From an uncultured delta proteobacterium (GTDB taxonomy: Bacteria; Desulfobacterota; Binatia; Bin18), in NCBI GenBank assembly GCA_963733195.1, contig CAVTCR010000062.1:128001-192000 (forward strand): a stretch of DNA of 64,000 nucleotides, read 5' to 3'. Shown piece after piece: positions 52,917 through 63,052 of the stretch (the first letter of the stretch is position 1; every line of letters begins with the position of its first letter). The notes below the pieces were generated by a model. It was not told the DNA's origin. It did no database searches and saw nothing but the letters and a program-made list of their open reading frames with translations. The position numbers and the translations under genes are program-made.

Positions 52917-53307
52917 CCACGTTCCTTGCCACTCCTAACGCGGGTGCGCCACCCCGCAGCGCGCGAGCGCAAACCCTTCCCCGCACGCGTCCCGACGCTT
53001 TTGTGTCACCACGGAAGTTATGCCCCTCCCCTAATGACGACGACCCGTTCCTCAGCTAGCCGTCCACTCTTCTCATAATGCCTCTTCGCCTGAGGGCGAA
53101 GGGGATAGTCCTCCGTTGATTGACGCGCCCCTGTCCGAGGTGTGCGTCGCGGATATTTTTCCTTAACTGCTCAGGAGGGTACGATGGCACACGGGTCACA
53201 AGAGGGAGCGAGCGATCGCATTATTCACCCTAGAAGGTTCCGGCATAACCTCCGGTCTGGGAACAGGTGTCGGTAACGTATGGATTAAGGGACGAAGGAG
53301 GACGAAC

Positions 53308-54108
53308 GTGCTGAGCATTTTTCTGCTGGGATTTTTCTCACCAGTCACCGCGCAATATGAAACCCCGCTGCTCTCTCAAGGCCCCATCGCCCAGCTTGTG
53401 CTGGGTTCTGAACAGATTGTTCAGGGGGTGTTCTATCTTCTGTTTTTCTCCTCGGTCGCCAGTTGGGGAATTATTTTCTACAAGTTTTACCAGGTGTACT
53501 CGGCACGTCGGCTGGCGGGGCACTTCCGCGCGGCATTTGAGGGGAGTGATGATCTCACGTCCCTGTACGCCGCCAGCCTAAAGATGAACGCCAATCCCCT
53601 TACCGCCGTCTTCCACGCCGGATATCAGGAACTGCGGCGGCTCGCGCGCACTCTCTACCCCTCCCACCCCCCATCACTCTCCCGCCGCACCTAACGAAGG
53701 GCGAATGGAAAAGGTGGAGCGTGCGATGCGCCGGGCAGTGCGCGAGCAGGCAGCCTGGTTGGAACATGCTCTCCCCTTTCTCGCCACCACGGCGATTACG
53801 GCACCGTTCATCGGACTGTTCGGCACAGTCATCCGGCATCGTACACGCGTTTCATGGCCTCAGTCTGGCGCAGTCCACCAGTATCCAAGCGGTTGCCCCG
53901 GGGATTGCCGAGGCCTTGGTCAGCCACTGCCGTCGGGCTCTTCGTCGCCATTCCCGCAGTCGTCGCGTTCAACCATTTCAGCCTCCACGTACAGAAGTTA
54001 CACGGGGAAATGGAAACCCTCTCCACCGAGTTTCTCACCCTTGCCGAGGGCATCCCCCTTTACGCCACGCCCGGGGACGCGGTCGCAGGAGACCATCATG
54101 CCGCTTAA
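53308..54108 (+). CDS. TolQ/ExbB/MotA family, about three frameshifts
   Basis: SVASWGII, LATTA..APFIGLFGTV, VAPGIAEAL, TAVGLFVAIPAV..FN. Confidence 0.85.
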
Positions 54109-54490
54109 TGAATATCGTGGCCCATTCATTGCGCAGATAAACATCACCCCGTTCGTTGATGTGATGTTGGTACTCTTGGTGATTTTCATGGTCACCGCAC
54201 CGATCATCCAACAGGGAGTAAATGTTACTCTTCCCCAGGTGGCTGCCGGGCCGCTTCTTAACAAGGACGAGCAGGTGGTTGTGGTGATCACGGGCGAGGG
54301 CGTGATCCAGTGTGACGGCAAGACACTCACCGCTGAGGCACTTCACCAGAAGTTGATTCCCATTTTGCGATCACAACCTGACTACCCAGTCCGCCTCCGT
54401 GCGGACACGCACGTGCCTTACGGCAGAGTTGCCGAGGTCATGGCTGTCGTGCGGAATGCCGGCGTGCAAGAGGATTGGTATGGTGACTGA
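54098..54490 (+). CDS. TolR/ExbD family, 3' end frameshifted or truncated
   Basis: INITPFVDVMLVLLVIFMVTAP, RAD..VPYG.V. Confidence 0.9.
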   Translation: MPLNEYRGPFIAQINITPFVDVMLVLLVIFMVTAPIIQQGVNVTLPQVAAGPLLNKDEQVVVVITGEGVIQCDGKTLTAEALHQKLIPILRSQPDYPVRLRADTHVPYGRVAEVMAVVRNAGVQEDWYGD

Positions 54491-55996
54491 GCCTCTCACC
54501 AAGGGACTCCGCTCGGCCCCCGCGAGTCTCGGCCAAAAGCCAGTGCGCCAGCGCGCATAGGGCAATTCCCGCAGGCACGAGGAAGCCCACTTCCACGAAC
54601 AGTCCCTTGGACCACGGCAAGCCTTGCACACCCACGCAGAGGACCAAGTCGAGCACGGCTATCACAAGGAAGAAGACGGCCACGCCCCACGCGAGTCTGG
54701 CCGCTAGTCGCCGCGGCGATACCGGTGCTACGCGCGACGGCAGTTCCTCACCCAGCCGAATGAGTCCCCAGGTCACGGCGGTGAGGACGACCCACGCCAC
54801 CGCTTCCAGTTCCTTGTGGTATTGGAGCATCAGCCTTCCCTTCCACCAAACGATGAAGGCGAACACGGCCACCGTCCCCGCGATGATGGCGTTCCGTGCC
54901 GCGGCTGCTACCTTCGGCACAAACTCGCGCACCGCCTCGGCCGTCAGCACCGGGATGAAAACGATGCCGGCCATGTAGGACTGTGAGTAGGTCACCCACG
55001 AATCCGGGCGACTGTCCCAGCGCGCGTCGATCCACGCCGGGAACCAGAACCGCAGCTTGTGGGTGATGAAGAGCACACCACCAGATCAATGAAGGCCACG
55101 GTCAGAAAAGTAGCAAGCATGCGCACTACGGCGCTGACGAAGCGCCCGTCCGTGGATGTCGGCAACCTCGGGCGAGCCCCGGTCTCGACGGTCGAGGGTG
55201 CCGGGACCAAGCTGTCGAAGTAGCGCATTGCGGCGTGCATCACGACGGTCCGTGGCAGCACACGGACCAGTACCGACACCGCAACGTTGCGTAGGCCGGA
55301 GATCGCGGATGGCTTTCGGCCCAGGGCCGACAGCGCGGTAGCCACGACCTCGTCGGGCCGCGACACGCCCCCGGGCGGATTTCTCACGGGGTCGCCCGAC
55401 CGCGCTTGAAACTCGGTGGGAACGTGGCCCGGCGACAACGCGAGCACCTCCACGCCGTGCTGCTCCAGCTCGGCCCAGAGAGCCTCGGCCACGAACAAAT
55501 CGAAGACCTTGGTCGCGGCGTACACCGCGAGATAAGGCACCGACTGGTACGCTGCGATGGAAGAGACGAAGATGATGCCGCCGCGACCCTTGGCCACCAT
55601 GTCCGGCGCGAACACTCTTGCCAGAGCCACCGGGGCGCGGCAGTTGACGTCGATCATGTCCGCCAGCTCGGTCGGGTCCTGCTCGGCGAAGTGGCCGAAA
55701 AGCCCGAAACCCGCATTGTTGACGAGCAACCCCACGGACAGCCCCACGGCCTCCGCTTCGGCGCGCACGATCTGCGCAGCGTCGGCGCGGGCGAGGTCGA
55801 CCGCCACAGCCACGGCCCGGACCTTGTGCTCGGCCTCGAGTGCGCGGGCGAGTGCCACAAGCCGCTCGTGATCGCGGGCGACGAGGATCAGGTCCATGCC
55901 GCGGGCTGCCAAGGCCCAGGCAAAAGCCTCGCCGATGCCCGAAGACGCGCCGGTGATAAGCGCGGCTCCCCCGAAGCGCTCGCTCCACGTGTTCAT
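54438..55996 (-). CDS. SDR oxidoreductase apparently fused to a multi-TM domain, frameshift near 55078
   Basis: TGASSGIG, NNAGFG, YAATK; frame runs without a stop into hydrophobic FLTVAFIDLVV and continues in 54438..55076. Confidence 0.75.
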
Positions 55997-56000
55997 GCCG

Positions 56001-56483
56001 CTACTTTCGGATCTGCTCGCGGATGCGTTTAGGCGCGCGGTGATTGAGTCCAGCATTTGACCGCGGCCAATGCTGTGTTTCCTTCCGCTGCCGAAGCCGG
56101 CCACCTGATCGGTGAACGTGCGGTTGACGTAGAACACCAGCGTCCCACCCTGCACTTCGAGACAGCCGCCGGCGATGAAGAATGATTTTCGCTTCCCCTG
56201 TGTCCGTCGCACTCAGCCCCACGTCGGCGAACGCCTCATCTGCGGATGCGTCCGGCTTCCAGACGCGAAACGCTTGCGTGTTCTTGTCCGTCTCCAGCAT
56301 CTTGCCTTGCATGGCGGCCTCAACCCAGTTCGCTGACCGGCTTGTTGAAGAACACCGCAACCACGCCGACCAGTTCCTTGTCCGAACCTTTCTTCAAGTC
56401 CTTCTGGATCATCTTGCCGCCCTTGATTCTCCCGATCTCCGCATCCGTGAATCCCAACGCCTTCGCCACTTCATCCGCCGTCG
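56001..56483 (-). pseudogene. Remnant of a hypothetical protein, 5' end cut at an IS1-like end
   Basis: PTADEVAKALGF...GEAK joined out of frame to FFIAGG...FYVNRTFTDQVAGFG. Confidence 0.55.
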
Positions 56484-56595
56484 GGTAGTACTATTCTGGT
56501 AATGCTGCACATCTGGTGAAGTTGTAGTCACAAATGAAGTACTTGATGGCCCCGATGTGATTACTGAGTTTCTTGGAGAACGAGAGCGTGGCACC
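56484..56595 (-). mobile_element. IS1-family 3' end fragment
   Basis: ATLSFSKKLSNHIGAIKYFICDYN and end ggtagtactattctggtaatgctg. Confidence 0.85.
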
Positions 56596-56694
56596 AAGAA
56601 ATTTCGTGAACTCGTTATTCGCCCTTTATATGTCCCTAACTCCTGTTTTTAGTCGTTTTTGTATCAGAGCCAGAGGGCGTACGCCAACACTATC

Positions 56695-57474
56695 TCACCT
56701 CGACGTCAGCACTTTGCCGATGGTGGTGTCGATATGATAGATCCAGAAGGCCGTCACGTCCTCCTGCAGGATCATAGCGACCATGCCAACACCCGGTGCG
56801 AAGAAGTTATACGCCGTATTCTGTGTATGGGCCGGACCAATCTTGCCTTCGCATTTCACACGGAACAGGACCGCCTCATACGTGCCGGCCGGTACCGTGA
56901 CTTGGTACGTACCCACGTAGGTGTACGTGCCGTTCAGTGATCCTGAATATTTCTGGTCCGCTGGATCATCGAGATAGTTGACCGAGACCTGTTGCGAGTA
57001 GGACCGCGTCTCGCCAGGCTTCATGCCCTTCGGTACGAACGGATTAGCAGGCGTGGCGACGACTATCACACCCTCTCCCGCGTCGCTTACGGCGGGCATA
57101 ATGAGATCGCCCTCTGGCGTCTGACGGATGAAGCCTGCGAGCGAGGGCGAAAGCTGAAATCGCCAGGCCGACTTCCCGTCTGGGCGCCTCGTCTTTGCGA
57201 GGCCCAGCGTCTGCGTGTTCCCGGTGTTTGAGCCGGACGTGACCTGGTAAGTCAGCGCCTTGTCCTGAAATGGGAAGTAGACGGAGGCGTCCTCGATGGG
57301 CTTACTGGGCAACGCCTTGCCTACCACGCCTGGCCCCAAATGTGCGGTGATCTGTTGCTGTTCCTCCGGCGGCAACGGCAGCACGACGCCTTGGGCGAGC
57401 GCGGCTCTTGAGGCTACCAACAGGACGCCGATCGGCACCAATAGCGCTCGGAGAAGACGTATTGTTACGTTCAT
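56695..57474 (-). CDS. Secreted hypothetical protein
   Basis: Signal peptide ending ALA-Q, beta-rich body with VTVPAGTYE; GGGAGG RBS. Confidence 0.8.
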   Translation of the reverse strand: MNVTIRLLRALLVPIGVLLVASRAALAQGVVLPLPPEEQQQITAHLGPGVVGKALPSKPIEDASVYFPFQDKALTYQVTSGSNTGNTQTLGLAKTRRPDGKSAWRFQLSPSLAGFIRQTPEGDLIMPAVSDAGEGVIVVATPANPFVPKGMKPGETRSYSQQVSVNYLDDPADQKYSGSLNGTYTYVGTYQVTVPAGTYEAVLFRVKCEGKIGPAHTQNTAYNFFAPGVGMVAMILQEDVTAFWIYHIDTTIGKVLTSR

Positions 57475-57650
57475 GCGACACCTCCCTTTTCATGGTAATC
57501 GAGACGGCAAATTGTTACGGCGAATGGAACCATTCAGCTGATGGCAAACGTCGCACAGAAAGGCCCACCGATCAACTGGACCGAGGTCCCAGGGGATCAG
57601 TTCAGCCGTAGACCATCCCGCCTTGCCGTGTGCCTCACTGCTCGAACGTG

Positions 57651-57870
57651 GGCAGTGTTATACAAGTAATGTTGATCTGGTGAGGTTGTAATCACAGATG
57701 AAGTAGCGGATCGCACCGCTATGGTTCTCTACGTTTTTGGAGAATGCCAGCGTACTGCGCACTACTCGTGAGCCCCTCTGGCGCAACGTGTTATTGAATC
57801 GCTCGATGTGGTTAGTGTTGCGTGCGAACTTGGCGATGGGTTTATGTTGGCATACAGCCGAAGTACGCGC
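57651..57870 (-). mobile_element. IS1-family transposase 3' fragment
   Basis: TNHIERFNNTLRQR..FSK..NH.GAIRYFICDYN; end ggcagtgttatacaagtaatgttg resembles 56484. Confidence 0.88.
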
Positions 57871-57901
57871 GAGAATAGGACATAGAGGGACAAACAGTTT
57901 T

Positions 57902-58350
57902 CTATCCGGCCAACACTCTGCGCACCGAGGTGCGGCCAATGTGGAGCATGTCGCGCGATGGCCGACTTACTCAAGCCGCGGGCGTACAACCGTTTGACTT
58001 GCTTGCTCTTCCGTCGTGCTGTAGGCGGACGGCCATGCGGACGCCCTTCGCGGCGTGCTTGCGCAATCCCGGCTTTCACGCGTTCTCGCAAAATCTCGCG
58101 TTCAAACTCAGCGAATACGGCCAACAATCCCGCCAGTGCCCGACCGGTTGACGTGGTGAGATCCAAGGCTTCCGTCAGTGAGATAAAGCCCACTCCCAGT
58201 TCGGTGAGCTCCTTCAACATAGTGACGAGATCCGCGAGCGAACGCCCCCAGCGATCCAAGCGCCACACCAGAATAGCATCGAGTTCTCGTCGGCGTGCCG
58301 CCTTCAACAACAGTTCGCGTTGCAAGCGTTCACTCGCTCCGGAGCCGCCG
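57902..58350 (-). pseudogene. Serine resolvase/invertase, N-terminally truncated
   Basis: SGA, VWRLDRWGRS, FAEFERE, GRP and HTH present; the Y.RVS catalytic strand is missing. Confidence 0.88.
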
Positions 58351-58409
58351 TCCTGTTACTGGTACGTCAACCGTAATCACCGCTCCCCGGACCGGGGTCC
58401 GTTGGGTTG

Positions 58410-58466
58410 TCACTCATAAATTATGAAGCTAGCCTCTACGAATAAAAACAGCACATCCGCCGGCAT
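58410..58466 (-). pseudogene. Truncated paralogue of the kdp leader peptide
   Basis: gaggagcggagctATG MPADVLFLF versus gaggagggaagctATG MLDVLFLA. Confidence 0.6.
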
Positions 58467-58510
58467 AGCTCCGCTCCTCATACACTCTTCTCTCTTTTGG
58501 GTCTTGGAAG

Positions 58511-58527
58511 AGCAAGAGCTGTACCGG
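58511..58527 (-). promoter_or_regulatory. Second sigma-54 promoter
   Basis: CCGGTACAGCTCTTGCT (GG-N10-GC). Confidence 0.75.
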
Positions 58528-58589
58528 AAACTTAGGTCAACAACCGGATAGATTACTCCAGGTTGCTGCTCTTCTGAGGGTTAATATTC

Positions 58590-58682
58590 TGCAAGTTGCA
58601 AGGAAAAGAGAGCGAGATGATCGCAAAATGCAAGGTGGTTACGCCAACTGTGACTCCTCTCATGATTTCCCTAAGCTTTCTC
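58590..58682. repeat. Activator sites plus direct repeat copy 2
   Basis: TGCAagtTGCA and CGCAaaaTGCA 32 nt apart; 62-nt block matching 50787-50852. Confidence 0.9.
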
Positions 58683-58868
58683 CTCTTCAACCAAGTATTG
58701 ACAATCAACATCGCTTACCAGTGTGTACCAGTCCAAAGTGTGCTAGTAAGGAAAAAAGAGATGGATGAGATGTAAAACTCTGCATTTGATCTGTCAGGCA
58801 TATCAGGAGAATTCATCTTCTGACACAGTCGGTGAGATCAATATTCGATTTTTACAACTCAAGTGCGT

Positions 58869-61679
58869 TTACTTCTGACCTTCACTCCGGTGAGGGAGGA
58901 GCAGTGGGAGTACCACCAAAGAGGCTACCAGCACGCTGCCCACAGCGAGTGTGAGCAGCAGCCCCATGCTGAAGATCCCGTAATATTTCCCCACCATCAG
59001 ACTGCCAAAGCCGATCATCGTTGTGAGAGAAAACAGTGCCACCGACTGGCCTGTGCTGCCAGCGACCAACGCCGGACCGCCCTGTCCTTCTTCGCGGTAG
59101 CGGTGCACGAGGTGCAGACCGTTCTCTACACCAATACCGATAATCAGCGGGACCGCGACTAGATTGGCGAGATTGAACTGAAGATTGAAGAGCCACATCA
59201 ACCCCGCGGTCCAGAGCATTCCCAAGCCGAGCGGGACTAAGGCCAGTAATACATCGCCAACACGACGAAGCGCGACAAATGCTATCACTGCGATCACCAC
59301 GAGAGCGTAAACGCCCCCTTCGACATACCCCCTTTTCATCACCCGGGACGATTCGAAGACAATCACCGGCGAGCCCGTCACGTCCGGATCGACCTGACGT
59401 AGTTGGCTGACGAATTCCTCTTGTGCCTCGCGCTCCCAGACGTTCTTTTTGGCGTAGATCTGCAAGAGAAATTTCGTCCCGTCTGCACTGACGAAACGTT
59501 CCTTCAGCCGCGCGGGCATGTCGGCCAAGGTGATCGGCCCTGGCGGGTCGAGATTGTCGTGCAATAAAGACCACCGGTCCTGAAAGTCTTGAAACAGGGC
59601 GTGCTGGAAACGTTCGAGCCCGGCTTTGACTGTGGCCTCTGGACGCGCCTGTAGTTGCTCAATTACTGTCAACAGGCTTTGACGCATCTCATGCAGCTCA
59701 TTCTCTGAAGTCTTTCTCTCCGGATTCCCGTCTGTACTTCCTGCACGGAGTTTGAGCTTCAACTTATTCAGGGTGCTTTGCAGGTTTGGGAGATCTAGTG
59801 CTACCGGGGTAGGGAGCGTACGCGGAAGGTCACTAAAAAACGGTTGCAGTGCACGGACCAACGACAACCGCTCCTCCTGCCCTCCAGGAATTAACGAAGC
59901 TATGCTTTCCACCGCTTCTACTGCGGGGAGGGCTTTAAAGGCAGCGGCTTTGCGCATGGCTGCTTCCGGGGTTGGCGCAGTTGCCCAGGCGTTTCGTGAA
60001 GTACGGTTGGAGTGTTCGATAATGCGTTTTTCCCACTCTACCGACTCCGTACCGTCAGCCTGAAGGTTCAAGAGGTTGTCGTCAAATGAGATGGTAGGGA
60101 GCGTAACAAGTCCACCCAGAGTGCACAACCCAGCGAAGGCCAGAAAATACGAGGGTGCCTGGCTGATGATTCTGCCAAAGCTAGTGAATAGATTGCTCAG
60201 AAACGTCCGCTCCGCGGCCCTCACTACCCAAGGTCGGTAGTTTTCTCCTAAGACAATCAAGGCTGGCAGCAAGAGTAGCGTTGCCAGTAAAGAGAGTAGG
60301 ATGCCGCCGCTGGCTATCAATCCGAGTTCTTGTATACCGCGGAAGTCAACAAGCATAACCGCTGCAAAAGCGAGGGCAGTCGTCACCGCGCCAGCAATGA
60401 TGCCCGGCACAGTGTGCTCGAACACCATGTGAAGGGCCGCGATCGTGCTGTGACCATTATTACGTTCTTCTTCGTATCGAGCCATGAAATGCACCCCAAA
60501 GTCGTCAGCCAGGCCGAGCAGCATAGGGGCGACAAAGACGGTAATGATTGTCAGGTGTCCGACCGTGACGGCGACGAAACCTACTGTCCAGATCAGACCC
60601 ACAAGCAGGGCGATTACGATCATGAGAGGATGGCGAAGCTTCTTGAAAAATAGGAAGTAAATTAAGGTCACGCCGGTCAATGATACTCCCGTCGCAAGAC
60701 GGGCATCGGCTTGGGTGCTGAGCGTTTCGTCACTGATTAGTGCCTGGCCAGTCACTCCGGCTTCAAGTCCAGGAAACTCAGGCCGGAGTTCGGCGACCGC
60801 TTGACGAATCGTCGCGATGGATTCGGGGGCCTCGCCAAGCTCGTTTCTGGAGGAGGTTGGGGGTTCAATGACAAGGAAAAAAAAGCGTCCGTTGTCGGAC
60901 ATCAAGAAGCCATCACCTGACGGGCCGTTTATGTTACCGAAAAAATCGCCCCAGGGGGAACGGTAGCGATAGTCTGTGGCGCTTAGCGCACGTTTCAGTT
61001 CCGCCAGTAGAGACCGGAGGAAGGGAATCGCCATGGGTTCTTGTTCACTCTCGGGTCCCGCAGGCGAATCCAGACCGAGGAAGCCCGAGACCAAGTGCGA
61101 GGCCATCCCAGCGCTTACCTGCGCGTTGATAACACGAAACAGCGTGTCCAGCCCCGGTGCGGTCACCAAATCACGAACCAACTCCCTGTGTGCCGTTAGG
61201 TATTGATGTAGAGTCCGGAGGGCTTCGGGCGAGAGATAGAGTAGTTTCCTTCCCTCCAGAAAGGTAATGTCGAGACGATAAAAGACTTCCCCCACGTTAG
61301 CCTTGTCACGTTCCAGGAACTCTCCGAGCCGGATAACAAACTCTTTGCCCTGCTGCTCGTCGGCCGGTTGAACCACCACCAGCACGCGGTCAAGCCCCAT
61401 GAACTCGTTCGCATACTCTTCATAAAGCTGGACATAGCGTTTTTCACTCCCAATCAAGTCACTCCGTCCAGAGATAAACTTCAAATGCAAAGCTGCATAT
61501 ATAAAGGTCAGCGTTGCTAAGGCAAGGCAGAAGAAAAGTACGGTCTTGGGGTACACGGTAGGGAGATGGGCAAGGAGGCGCAAAGACTGTTGCTTGCACG
61601 CAGTCAACCTCTGTACTAGAGAAGTCGAGCTTTTCACGGCTGGCCTTCCTCTGCCAGTGTCTCGCGCCTGCGTTGCCAT
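58869..61679 (-). CDS. MMPL/RND transporter, HpnN-like
   Basis: Two RND halves, LGLADDFGVH and IGIGVENGLH, TG.P, large extracytoplasmic loops. Confidence 0.92.
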   Translation of the reverse strand: MATQARDTGRGRPAVKSSTSLVQRLTACKQQSLRLLAHLPTVYPKTVLFFCLALATLTFIYAALHLKFISGRSDLIGSEKRYVQLYEEYANEFMGLDRVLVVVQPADEQQGKEFVIRLGEFLERDKANVGEVFYRLDITFLEGRKLLYLSPEALRTLHQYLTAHRELVRDLVTAPGLDTLFRVINAQVSAGMASHLVSGFLGLDSPAGPESEQEPMAIPFLRSLLAELKRALSATDYRYRSPWGDFFGNINGPSGDGFLMSDNGRFFFLVIEPPTSSRNELGEAPESIATIRQAVAELRPEFPGLEAGVTGQALISDETLSTQADARLATGVSLTGVTLIYFLFFKKLRHPLMIVIALLVGLIWTVGFVAVTVGHLTIITVFVAPMLLGLADDFGVHFMARYEEERNNGHSTIAALHMVFEHTVPGIIAGAVTTALAFAAVMLVDFRGIQELGLIASGGILLSLLATLLLLPALIVLGENYRPWVVRAAERTFLSNLFTSFGRIISQAPSYFLAFAGLCTLGGLVTLPTISFDDNLLNLQADGTESVEWEKRIIEHSNRTSRNAWATAPTPEAAMRKAAAFKALPAVEAVESIASLIPGGQEERLSLVRALQPFFSDLPRTLPTPVALDLPNLQSTLNKLKLKLRAGSTDGNPERKTSENELHEMRQSLLTVIEQLQARPEATVKAGLERFQHALFQDFQDRWSLLHDNLDPPGPITLADMPARLKERFVSADGTKFLLQIYAKKNVWEREAQEEFVSQLRQVDPDVTGSPVIVFESSRVMKRGYVEGGVYALVVIAVIAFVALRRVGDVLLALVPLGLGMLWTAGLMWLFNLQFNLANLVAVPLIIGIGVENGLHLVHRYREEGQGGPALVAGSTGQSVALFSLTTMIGFGSLMVGKYYGIFSMGLLLTLAVGSVLVASLVVLPLLLPHRSEGQK

Positions 61680-61781
61680 GGTACTGAGATTGATCCTTTC
61701 AAAAGCATCTGTTGCGGATCGACGCGCACGTCGGTCGCCATTTACTCTATCAGGCAGGACCTTCTTGACCAGTCCATTCCA

Positions 61782-61967
61782 CTACAGCAGGAGATTCACG
61801 AGCTGTCGCAAGAGCGTGTCAAGCGGCACCCATCCCACCAACGCAACGAGGACGGTCCGGTGAATAATCCTCGGCTTGTCCGGCTTGATCAGGCCGAGCG
61901 ACCGCTGTAGTCGGATGGGCGGCCCACCGTAAAAGAGTTCACTGTCAGTGTCTACTGTCACGCTCAT
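61782..61967 (-). pseudogene. Mini-gene resembling the fused N- and C-termini of a larger membrane protein
   Basis: LFYGGP.RLQRSLG...GWVPL followed directly by DTLLRQLVNLLL*; family assignment from recollection. Confidence 0.55.
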
Positions 61968-62001
61968 ATTCGCGTCCTGTAATTTGTCAATCAGGAGTAC
62001 G

Positions 62002-62403
62002 TTATTGTTGTAGGATTACAAGGAGCAAACCCAGAACCCCGAGCCCGGCAACCACGATGGCGATCGCCATGGCCAGCGAGTAGGGGGCTTTGGTATCTGG
62101 CGTCCGTAGACTCTTTATATACCGGTGGTGTTGCACCGTGGCCAGCACGAGGGCCACTAACCCGGCGAGGATCATGATCAGGGCGAACTCACGCGGCCCG
62201 AGAAAGCGGTCGGGGTGTTGGATTTTGTTCTCTTCACGCACAAACTGAAAGAACTTGTAGATGGTGAAACCGAAACTGATCAGCGACGTAGCCGTCCTGA
62301 TCCACGCCATCAGTGTCCGCTCGTGAGCGAGGCGCGTACGTTCTACTGCAAGTTGGGTTGCATCAAGAGGGGCAACTTTCCCCTCCGCACCCTGGTTTGT
62401 CAC
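62002..62403 (-). CDS. DUF202 (YidH) membrane protein
   Basis: LAHERTLMAWIRTATSLISFGF. Confidence 0.93.
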   Translation of the reverse strand: MTNQGAEGKVAPLDATQLAVERTRLAHERTLMAWIRTATSLISFGFTIYKFFQFVREENKIQHPDRFLGPREFALIMILAGLVALVLATVQHHRYIKSLRTPDTKAPYSLAMAIAIVVAGLGVLGLLLVILQQ

Positions 62404-62525
62404 TTCAATATCTCGTCCTTGTCTGTGGAAGGTGATGTTGCGTGCAGTTCAATTGATAACACTCTCTGTTTGTTTTATCGAATATTACTCAGAGAGTTCT
62501 TATCCATCTCACTCAAAAAGGATTC

Positions 62526-62990
62526 CTATAGCTTCTTTTCACTATGCGCCTCGTCTGAGTCCCCGCCAGAGACGTGGCTGCCTTCTGCCTCCACCCCTGA
62601 CGGTTGCCAAGGCCACCGCTCCTCGATCTCAACCACGAGCGACCAACCCAAGAAAGTGCGAATCAGCACCAGCAGCCCTAGGATGAGTACGTTCTCTAAC
62701 GTCGGCTCCAGGGCAACAGTGCGAATAACGTCCGCGGCCACCAGGATTTCCAATCCCAGCAGCAAAGCGCGTGCTACGTGGTGGCGGTAATTCTTGTAGG
62801 TGACCGCATCTGCCTGCTGGGTCAGGATCCGGAATACATACAAGACTGTCCCCGTGAGAATCACTGCAACGATGATCACGACGGCGAGAAGCTCGATCCC
62901 CGTCGCGGCGTGTTCCACCCACCTTGTGATCGCCGCAGCGGCTTCCCCAGTCTGCACCCCTGTCTCTCCCCTCGTCGTTTCCTCAACCAT
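62526..62990 (-). CDS. DUF1622 membrane protein
   Basis: LLLGLEILVAADVIRTV, LVLIRTFL.WSL..EIE..WPW. Confidence 0.93.
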   Translation of the reverse strand: MVEETTRGETGVQTGEAAAAITRWVEHAATGIELLAVVIIVAVILTGTVLYVFRILTQQADAVTYKNYRHHVARALLLGLEILVAADVIRTVALEPTLENVLILGLLVLIRTFLGWSLVVEIEERWPWQPSGVEAEGSHVSGGDSDEAHSEKKL

Positions 62991-63052
62991 TGCGGCCACT
63001 CAGTTTCTCAATATCATACCTGCGATCCGTGGAGACAGGTCGTGCTCCGACG

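Noticed and set aside
53100-53307. Cobalamin, TPP or guanidine riboswitch, or 6S RNA, before tolQ
   Set aside because: Only short chance matches. A 30-codon ORF with an RBS is present but has no support.
55086-56032. Arg/Gly-rich 300-aa and 208-aa ORFs
   Set aside because: Alternative frames of the high-GC SDR gene.
56596-56660. AT-rich caagaaatttcgtgaact segment as another IS end
   Set aside because: No partner end or transposase fragment was identifiable.
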